Below, in pieces: positions 56,755 to 64,000 of a stretch of DNA of 64,000 nt (within the stretch, counting starts at the first letter, position 1; each line of letters starts with the position of its first letter). The stretch comes from Minisyncoccota bacterium (lineage in GTDB: Bacteria; Patescibacteriota; Minisyncoccia; Phycocordibacterales; Phycocordibacteraceae). The notes beneath the pieces were generated by a model. It did not search any database. It was not told the origin of the DNA and saw only the letters and a list, made by a program, of their open reading frames with translations. The stretch covers positions 7,988 to 71,987 of the forward strand of contig JBAYLD010000003.1 of assembly GCA_041664265.1 (NCBI GenBank). The letters are read 5' to 3'. Made by a program: the position numbers and the translations under genes.

Positions 56755-58508
56755 AATCGCGCCCTCTCGCCACCACGTTCGCGATATTCCTCGCCCTTAC
56801 GCTCCTAGCTCCTTCTGTTTTCCTCATAGCACCGCAGAGAGCGCGAGCACAATGGACGGTAAACGTGAATTCCGATATATCCATCCCCAGTATCAAAACA
56901 ATGGTGGAGAGCACTATCAGCGCCATTAAAAATAGCATTACGGCCGTTGCAACAGTGACGAGTGCGGCCGCGAATACGGCGATGCAGATCAATGACTATG
57001 TACTCCAACCGCTCGCGTTCGCGGTGTCGGGAGATTTGTTGAGAGCTATAACTTCAGGTGTTATCGCGTTTGTTATCGGTAAGGCAAACAGTACTGGCTT
57101 GCCGCAGTTTATCACCGACCTGCAAGCCTCTATGCAGACGGTGGGCGATTCGCAGGCGCTGGCATTCTTCACCCAATGGGAGAGGAATTCAAAATCGCCC
57201 TTTGCTTCATCAATTGCTTCGTCACTTCGCGCAAACTATCTCCAGAATACGAGCATGGCGGGATTCTGGGCCGCCAACATGGACACGCTCTCGAGATCGT
57301 CAAAAGACGCGAATAGGTTCCTCGCGGGCGACTGGTCGCAAGGAGGCGCGGGAGCCTGGTTCGCGCTCACGACCCAAGACCAAAACAATCCCTATGCTCT
57401 TTATAGGAGAGCACAAGGCCAGCTTGGTTCGCTCGTAAGCAGTGCCCAAACGACTCGCACCACCGAGCTTAATTGGGGGCAGGGAATGATGTCGTGGTGC
57501 GGGGGCGACACAGGTGCCTCTAATGTCTCTTTGTTGGCGAAGGGTGTCAGTTCGGGAGATCCTTGCACCAACGCTGACGGCACGCCGGGCACGATTAGAA
57601 CCCCTGGTTCGGTCATCTTGGCATCGCTCAACAAGGCGCTTGGGGCCGATCAGGATCAGGTGGCTCGCTTAGGTAATGTTGGCCCGGAGATCAACGGCAT
57701 ATTGAGGAATATCGCGACAGTGGCACAAACAGTCCAGTTTGGATCGCAATTACTCGGTGGTTCCGGATCGGGGGGTCTCTTTGGTGTCGGACAATCTTCT
57801 GGGGCGAATCAGACCTCCCGACTCGCTCAGTATCAGAGCGCGTCAGGAAGTATGGGCGTCACCGGATCCCAAGTCATCCAAAACTCGTCAACGTATCTGC
57901 CTTCTAGTGCCGATATGTCGAGCCGGCTCGCAGAATATCAGACATCGTGGGATACGATCAGGGTCGCGACGAGTGCAGCATCAGACGGTGTTATCGCACT
58001 CGCGGGGTACTGCACTGATCAGGCGAAAGCCGCGCAAGACCTTATGGAAGGGAGGTACGCAGGTGACCCTTATGCGATAGAGATTCTCGACCAATTCATC
58101 ACGACGGCGAGCAGTACGCGGGTAAGTGCGCATGTGGCTCTCTCAAGCCAAGTCGCATCGGCGTTTGATCAAATAGCCAAGGCAGATGCGATTAGGGCGG
58201 CTGCGGCCGCTATGGTGGAGCGCGTGAAAGATGAAGCGAATAACACGAATACCAATCCGGATGCATACACTGCCGATGTACAGGCGCTCCAAACAATGGC
58301 ACCAACCGCCGGAGACGCCGGCAACGCGTTACAAGATGCTCAAGCCTTCGGGTCAGCAGCAGCGAATCCTGCAGGGTCGCTTACTGTGTCGGGCGGCTCA
58401 CTGATCGACCGGATGAACCTCATTACGCAAAATGCCCTTGCGCTTAAGAGTGCGTGCGATCTACCATCGGGGACTGCTTTACTTGCTCCGCCTACTAATT
58501 TCGACTAG
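56751..58508 (+). CDS. Secreted hypothetical protein
   Basis: Signal peptide ending ARA-QW; 4-bp overlap with the upstream gene; NN.Y, G.GMMSW and I.TPG motifs. Confidence 0.7.
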   Translation: MKSRPLATTFAIFLALTLLAPSVFLIAPQRARAQWTVNVNSDISIPSIKTMVESTISAIKNSITAVATVTSAAANTAMQINDYVLQPLAFAVSGDLLRAITSGVIAFVIGKANSTGLPQFITDLQASMQTVGDSQALAFFTQWERNSKSPFASSIASSLRANYLQNTSMAGFWAANMDTLSRSSKDANRFLAGDWSQGGAGAWFALTTQDQNNPYALYRRAQGQLGSLVSSAQTTRTTELNWGQGMMSWCGGDTGASNVSLLAKGVSSGDPCTNADGTPGTIRTPGSVILASLNKALGADQDQVARLGNVGPEINGILRNIATVAQTVQFGSQLLGGSGSGGLFGVGQSSGANQTSRLAQYQSASGSMGVTGSQVIQNSSTYLPSSADMSSRLAEYQTSWDTIRVATSAASDGVIALAGYCTDQAKAAQDLMEGRYAGDPYAIEILDQFITTASSTRVSAHVALSSQVASAFDQIAKADAIRAAAAAMVERVKDEANNTNTNPDAYTADVQALQTMAPTAGDAGNALQDAQAFGSAAANPAGSLTVSGGSLIDRMNLITQNALALKSACDLPSGTALLAPPTNFD

Positions 58509-58509
58509 C

Positions 58510-60588
58510 ATGCCGCGCGCGCTCATCACCTCGTTTGCCATCCTGACGCTCGCGCTCGGCTCTATGGGCGCGTACGCCCCTGTTGTGAATGCCGCTCCCG
58601 CAGCGCAGGCCGATGCCAAAACGGTCGATGGCACAAATAAGCCGAAAGTAGAAACACCACAACAACAACAGGACGATGCCTACAACAGTGTCATGATCAA
58701 AATCATGGGTCTTTTCGCGTGGCTCCTGGGCGTCGCGGTGATTACGCTCGATTATGCGGTGTACTACACCGTCGTGAAGATGGGCTCCTATATAAACAGT
58801 CTCTCCGCCATCGGCGTCGCCTGGCGGATCCTGCGCGACCTGGGCAATATCGCGCTCATATTCGGCTTCCTCGCGATCGGCATCAACACCATTCTCGGAG
58901 AAAATTATTACGGCTGGGGCCAGAAGCTGCTCCCGAAATTGCTCATAGTCGCGGTGTTTATCAACTTCTCGCTCTTTATATCCGAGGCGGTGATCGACAC
59001 AGGGAATCTCTTTGCGACGCAATTTTACACGCAGATCAACGGTGGGGTATTACCGACGGCGGATTCTTTGTCCGGGAAGACTCTCCAGAATATCCAAAAT
59101 GAAGGCATCTCGAACAAGATAATGGCCCAGTTGGGAATGCAGAATATTTATAGCGATGCACTCGTCAATAAAGCTGTGTTTCAAGGTCCGAATCCATGGT
59201 TCATCGGCTTCATGGGCATTTTGCTTTTCATCGTTGCGGCGTTCGTGATGTTCTCGCTCGCGTTCATTCTCATCGCACGTTTTGTCGCGCTCGTGTTTGT
59301 CATCATCCTCTCTCCCCTCGGTCTCGCCGGTCTCGCGATACCCAATCTCTCGGGTGTAGCAAGTCAATGGTGGGATACGCTCGTGAAGCAAACCATCACT
59401 GCGCCCGTCTTGCTCCTCATGCTCTATATCGCGCTCGCGGTTATCACTGACGTGCAGTTCCTCACCGGTCTTGGGGTGGAGGGTGCCAGCGCCGGAGCGG
59501 CGACGGGGTTCATTAATGGTGCCAATCTGGCCGGCTTCGCCGGTTTCATCCTCTCCTTCTTGGTGGCGATGGGGCTCCTGCTCGTGGTGACGATATATGC
59601 GAAAAAACTATCCGCCTTCGGCGCTGGCTGGGCGACAAAGGCCGCCGGTACTGTCGTGGGTGGGGCGGTCGGCTACGGTCTCGTCGGCGGCGCGTCGCTC
59701 GTTGGTCGTGGAACGTTTGGCCTTGCTGGTCGTGCACTCAACAACAAGGGCGTTCAGGCGCGTGCCGCAGGCGGCGGATTCGGCGGTGCCCTAGCGAAGG
59801 GGTTTGCATTCACCGGTCGGAAACTTGAAAATCGAACCTATGACCTGCGCAATGTGAAGACCGTCGGCAGGGTGGGCGGCGCGATCTCGGGTGCGCTCAG
59901 CTCTGGCCAGCTCGGCGGGTCCGGATTCGAAGCGGTCGGCGGCGGGATGGGGAAGGGTGCCACGGTTACTGCCAAGCAGGCGGTTGACAAGACGATCGAA
60001 GGGTACAAGTACATCAAGCCGTTCTCGGGTGACTGGTGGCGCGACCAGCAGAAAGAATATGAAAAATCGGCTGCTGAACGAGATCGCAAGAAAGTCGTGG
60101 CGGATTCGAGCAGTCCGGAATTCGTAAAAACCATCAAGAAGATGTCTGCCGATGAGCTCTCTGAACTCAAGGGCATTCGAGGAGCTTTGGACAAGTATGT
60201 TACTGCTCTTTCTCCAGCAAAATATTCTGAGTTGCAGAAGAGCGATAAGTTATTAAAGAGCGAAAAGGGGAATCTGAAAACTGCTTGGAACGAGCGTTTC
60301 AGCTCGACAAACGCGGCGTCAACACTTAGTACGTTCACTCCAGAAGAGATCGCTTCACTCGATGCAGATATTCTCAAGAGACCGGAGGTTGCTTCGAACC
60401 TTGGAGTACGCGAAATGGAAGCCATTCGTAACAAAAAGACACTCGATATGGATCAGCGCCGTGCGGTCCACGCAACTATTCAGGCTCAGGCGGCAAGTGA
60501 TCCCGCGTATAAAGCCACAATCGATGCCTACTTTGCTGATCCTAAGAACAACATAGGCAGCAAGAGAAAAGAATATTGGGACGTATAA
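58510..60588 (+). CDS. VirB6/TrbL-like polytopic membrane protein
   Basis: W.ILRDL.N..IF..L.I.I.TIL, LP.LLIVA.FINFS, R...L....ILSPL, WW..L, Gly-rich tail. Confidence 0.6.
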   Translation: MPRALITSFAILTLALGSMGAYAPVVNAAPAAQADAKTVDGTNKPKVETPQQQQDDAYNSVMIKIMGLFAWLLGVAVITLDYAVYYTVVKMGSYINSLSAIGVAWRILRDLGNIALIFGFLAIGINTILGENYYGWGQKLLPKLLIVAVFINFSLFISEAVIDTGNLFATQFYTQINGGVLPTADSLSGKTLQNIQNEGISNKIMAQLGMQNIYSDALVNKAVFQGPNPWFIGFMGILLFIVAAFVMFSLAFILIARFVALVFVIILSPLGLAGLAIPNLSGVASQWWDTLVKQTITAPVLLLMLYIALAVITDVQFLTGLGVEGASAGAATGFINGANLAGFAGFILSFLVAMGLLLVVTIYAKKLSAFGAGWATKAAGTVVGGAVGYGLVGGASLVGRGTFGLAGRALNNKGVQARAAGGGFGGALAKGFAFTGRKLENRTYDLRNVKTVGRVGGAISGALSSGQLGGSGFEAVGGGMGKGATVTAKQAVDKTIEGYKYIKPFSGDWWRDQQKEYEKSAAERDRKKVVADSSSPEFVKTIKKMSADELSELKGIRGALDKYVTALSPAKYSELQKSDKLLKSEKGNLKTAWNERFSSTNAASTLSTFTPEEIASLDADILKRPEVASNLGVREMEAIRNKKTLDMDQRRAVHATIQAQAASDPAYKATIDAYFADPKNNIGSKRKEYWDV

Positions 60589-60595
60589 TTGAATT

Positions 60596-61198
60596 ATGAA
60601 AGACCTTACTCCAGAAGAAGCAGGGCGGTGGATGACGGCAGTGCCGCTCTTGGTACAAGAAGCGGTTACGAGCCCCTCGACCCAGCAGGTTCTTGAACAG
60701 ATAGGCAGGCAGTATGCGCTGCATGTTGATGTGCTTGATACTCTCGTGAAGCTTACGAGCTACATGCTCCTTGGCTATGTGGGGCCGGAAGAATTTTTGC
60801 AAGAAATGCGCGCGGCGCGCGTCGCAGATCAGCAGGCGCGGCAGATCATCGGCGACATAAACCAGAAGATATTTATGCCGCTTCGCCTGAAAATGATGCA
60901 AGCGACCGTAGCGCCAGCTTCGCCGAAGCCAGTGATCCCTCAGCCGCGGCCGGTGCAGACGAGTGTTCCGATGCCAAAGTATGCTCCGCCGGTAGCCCAG
61001 AGGCCGATGATTGCCGCCGCGCCCGCAAATGATGAGAAGCTGCTTGAAGATCACGAGGAGCCTCATATTGATATTAAAAAAGAGGTGCCGGCTAATCTTC
61101 CCGGAGTCATCCACATCGAACCTCAAAAGCCGGTTGCCCCAATTCCTGAACGGCCCTACTCTATCGATCCCTATCGCGAGCCGATTGATAGAAAATAG
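60596..61198 (+). CDS. Hypothetical protein
   Basis: 200 aa, Pro-rich, C-terminal DPYREPI motif; last gene of the operon. Confidence 0.72.
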   Translation: MKDLTPEEAGRWMTAVPLLVQEAVTSPSTQQVLEQIGRQYALHVDVLDTLVKLTSYMLLGYVGPEEFLQEMRAARVADQQARQIIGDINQKIFMPLRLKMMQATVAPASPKPVIPQPRPVQTSVPMPKYAPPVAQRPMIAAAPANDEKLLEDHEEPHIDIKKEVPANLPGVIHIEPQKPVAPIPERPYSIDPYREPIDRK

Positions 61199-61299
61199 CC
61201 TCGACGGCGGGGGCCAAGGCCCCAACCGCAAGACTCGGAGTTGCATTTCCGCGTGCCCTTATATATAGTGCTTATATCCCGCGTTCGCGGGCTTTCTAA

Positions 61300-61710
61300 A
61301 TGGCTACCATCAATCAACTCTCGAAGAGAGGCCGTAAGAACAAAGCGTCAAAGACGAGCGTGCTTGCGCTCGCCCGTGGCTTTAACGCGCTCAAGAACCG
61401 CCCGACCTACTACCCCTCGCCCTTCAAGCGCGGCGTCTGCACCAAGGTGACCACCAAGACCCCGAGGAAGCCGAACTCAGCCATCCGCAAGATTGCTCGA
61501 GTGAAGCTCACCAACGGCATGGAGGTTACCGCCTATATCCCCGGTATGGGACACAACCTCCAAGAGCACTCGGTCGTGATGCTCCGTGGCGGTCGCGTGA
61601 AGGACATCGGCGTGCAGTACACAATCGTGCGTGGCAAGCTTGACGCAAGCGGCGTCGACAAGCGCCGCCGCGGCCGCTCGCGCTATGGCGCGAAGCGTCC
61701 GAAGGCGTAA
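61300..61710 (+). CDS. rpsL: 30S ribosomal protein S12
   Basis: [36 protein letters not shown]. Confidence 0.98.
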   Translation: MATINQLSKRGRKNKASKTSVLALARGFNALKNRPTYYPSPFKRGVCTKVTTKTPRKPNSAIRKIARVKLTNGMEVTAYIPGMGHNLQEHSVVMLRGGRVKDIGVQYTIVRGKLDASGVDKRRRGRSRYGAKRPKA

Positions 61711-61750
61711 CATTTCAATATTTAAACTTTTAAACATTTAAATTTTCCCT

Positions 61751-62215
61751 ATGCGCCGACCCCTTAAACATAAAAGAACGTGGCGTCCCGACCTCAAATA
61801 CGGTTCGGAGACACTCTCCCGCTTTATTAATGCCGTCATGTGGAATGGTAAGAAGGACACGGCGCGTACGATTGTGTATGACGCCTTGGCGGTTATAGAG
61901 AAGGATGGTGCAAGTCCGCTCGAGACTTTTGAGTCAGCGTTGCGCAACGTATCGCCCTTGATGGAGGTGCGTTCGCGTCGCGTCGGCGGTGCGAACTATC
62001 AGGTGCCGCGCGAGGTCCCGCAGGCGCGCCGTCTCGCGCTCTCATTCCGTTGGCTCATCAACGCCGCCCGCGCTAAGAAGGGTAAGCCGATGGCGGAGAA
62101 GCTTGCGACCGAGCTCCTCTTGGCCGCCAAGAACGAGGGTGATGCAATCAAGAAGAAGGACGAGATGCATCGCATGGCAGAAGCCAACAAGGCCTTTGCT
62201 CACTTCGCGTGGTAA
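61751..62215 (+). CDS. rpsG: 30S ribosomal protein S7
   Basis: EVRSRRVGGANYQVP, HRMAEANKAFAHF. Confidence 0.98.
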   Translation: MRRPLKHKRTWRPDLKYGSETLSRFINAVMWNGKKDTARTIVYDALAVIEKDGASPLETFESALRNVSPLMEVRSRRVGGANYQVPREVPQARRLALSFRWLINAARAKKGKPMAEKLATELLLAAKNEGDAIKKKDEMHRMAEANKAFAHFAW

Positions 62216-62328
62216 ACTTTGAAGACAAAGTTTCCTCCCTGCGCTCGCTCGGAAAAATGAAATAAGAATTTCATTTTCTCCTCGCTCGCTTGGTAGTAAG
62301 CAGAATTATTATTTCAGTAATTATTTTT

Positions 62329-64000
62329 ATGAATCGCGACTATCCTCTAGAAAAAGTCCGTAACTTCGGCATCATCGCTCACATTGATGCGGGGAAGACG
62401 ACCGTCTCCGAGCGCATACTTTTTTATACCGGCAGCCAGCACAAGATCGGTGAGGTGCACGAGGGCGAGACCACGACCGACTGGATGGAGCAGGAGCGCG
62501 AGCGCGGCATCACGATTACCTCTGCCGCCATAACCTGTTTCTGGACGAAAACGAGCGAGAAGGACAAAAAAGATACCGCGAAGAAGCACCGTTTCAATAT
62601 TATCGACACTCCCGGACACATCGACTTTACCGCCGAGGTGCAGCGCTCCATGCGTGTCTTGGACGGCGCTATCGTCGTTTTCGACGGCGTGTCGGGTGTC
62701 GAGCCGCAGTCAGAGACTAACTGGCGCTATGCCGACGACGCGAGTGTGCCGCGCCTCTGTTTCATCAACAAGCTCGATCGCACGGGTGCATCCTTTGAAC
62801 GCTCCTACGCGAGCATTCTCGACCGGCTCTCGCCCAAGGCTATCCGCATGCAGATCCCGATCGGCGAAGAGGGTCAGCACGAGGGCTCGGTCGATCTCTT
62901 GACCATGAAGGCGTACACCTTCACCGGGAACATGGGCGAAGAGGTGATCGAGGGCGAGATCCCCGAAAATTTGCTCGAAGACGCGAAGAAGTATCGCGCT
63001 GAGCTTATCGAGCGCATCGTCGAGCAGGATGACGCGGCTATGGGTGCGTATCTGGACGGCAAAGAGCCGTCGCTTGAGGAGCTGAAGGCTATTCTCCGCA
63101 AAGCAGTCATCAACAACGATATTTTCCCTGTTTTCACCGGTTCTGCGCTCAAAAATAAAGGTGTCCAGCTCGTGCTCGACGCAGTGGTGGACTACCTCCC
63201 GTCCCCTCTGGATCTTAAGCCCGTTACCGGTATTAACCCGAAGACAGGGGAGCCAGTCGAGCGCCACGCCTCTGACGATGAGCCGTTCTGCGCGCTCGCC
63301 TTCAAGCTCCAGACTGACCCGTTTGTCGGGGCGTTGACCTTCTTCCGCGTCTATTCTGGTACGCTCGCGGCTGGTTCGTATGTCTACAACTCAACCACGG
63401 GGACGAAAGAGCGCGTGGGCCGCATTGTGCGCCTGCAGGCTGATAAGCGCGAAGAGGTCGCGCAGGTTTTTACCGGTGAAATCGCCGCCGCGGTGGGCTT
63501 GAAAGATACCAAGACCTCGCACACGCTCTGCGATGAGGCGAATCCGATCATTCTTGAGCAGATCAAGTTCCCGGAGCCGGTGGTGTCACTTCGCATCGAG
63601 CCGAAGACGAAAGCCGACCAGGAGAAGATGGGTATCGCGCTCCGCAAACTCTCTGATGAGGATCCGACCTTCCGCATAAAGACTGATGAAGAGACTGGCG
63701 AGACTATCATCTCCGGCATGGGCGAGCTGCACTTGGAAATTCTCGTCGAACGCATGCGGCGTGAATTCAATGTCGTTGCTGATGTGGGTAAGCCGCAAGT
63801 GGCATATCGCGAAACGATTCTTGGCTCAGCCGAGGCTGAGGGCAAATATATCAAGCAGACGGGTGGTCGCGGCCAATATGGTCATGTGAAGATCAAGATG
63901 AAGAAGATGGAGCCGATCGAGGAGGGGGCGAAGATTTCAAAAAATATCACTCGCGAAGACCACTTCGAGTTCATCAACAACATCAAGGGCGGTGTCGTCC
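62329..64000 (+). CDS. fusA: Elongation factor G, 3'-truncated by window edge
   Basis: Manual translation [49 protein letters not shown]; absent from the ORF track because no stop codon falls in the window. Confidence 0.97.
   Translation, partial: MNRDYPLEKVRNFGIIAHIDAGKTTVSERILFYTGSQHKIGEVHEGETTTDWMEQERERGITITSAAITCFWTKTSEKDKKDTAKKHRFNIIDTPGHIDFTAEVQRSMRVLDGAIVVFDGVSGVEPQSETNWRYADDASVPRLCFINKLDRTGASFERSYASILDRLSPKAIRMQIPIGEEGQHEGSVDLLTMKAYTFTGNMGEEVIEGEIPENLLEDAKKYRAELIERIVEQDDAAMGAYLDGKEPSLEELKAILRKAVINNDIFPVFTGSALKNKGVQLVLDAVVDYLPSPLDLKPVTGINPKTGEPVERHASDDEPFCALAFKLQTDPFVGALTFFRVYSGTLAAGSYVYNSTTGTKERVGRIVRLQADKREEVAQVFTGEIAAAVGLKDTKTSHTLCDEANPIILEQIKFPEPVVSLRIEPKTKADQEKMGIALRKLSDEDPTFRIKTDEETGETIISGMGELHLEILVERMRREFNVVADVGKPQVAYRETILGSAEAEGKYIKQTGGRGQYGHVKIKMKKMEPIEEGAKISKNITREDHFEFINNIKGGVV

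Noticed and set aside
62241-62290. Hairpin flanked by cgctcgct between rpsG and fusA as a regulatory RNA
   Set aside because: Single copy; cannot distinguish a REP-like insert from an S7-type autoregulatory site by eye

Overview
Chromosomal window around the replication origin of a small-genome bacterium. Gene content and protein style point to Patescibacteria/CPR, probably Parcubacteria (inference). It uses standard code 11. Core genes include dnaA-dnaN, rpmH-rnpA-yidC, ruvB/ruvC, recJ, pgk/tpiA, nusA, clpP, rny, hup, rarA, cca, xth, pcrA, rsmA, rpsL-rpsG-fusA and four tRNAs. It also holds a type IV pilus/competence set (two PilB, PilC, prepilins, ComEC, ComM) and a T4SS-like set (VirB4, PrgI-like, VirB2-like pilin, VirB6-like). 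Main unexplained signals: (1) two dispersed genes whose 3' ends are sharply adenine-depleted and followed by short repeats plus a GC hairpin, like variable regions of diversity-generating retroelement (DGR) targets, with no RT or template repeat in the window, plus a third possible relic; (2) several families of short palindromic elements found both between genes and inserted in frame inside housekeeping genes (rsmA twice, pilB, comEC, rarA, a prepilin leader); (3) two intergenic minus-strand structured RNA candidates; (4) widespread leaderless-type promoter geometry; (5) an M23/LysM gene with no canonical start codon. All calls come from reading the sequence by eye; no searches or folding programs were run.
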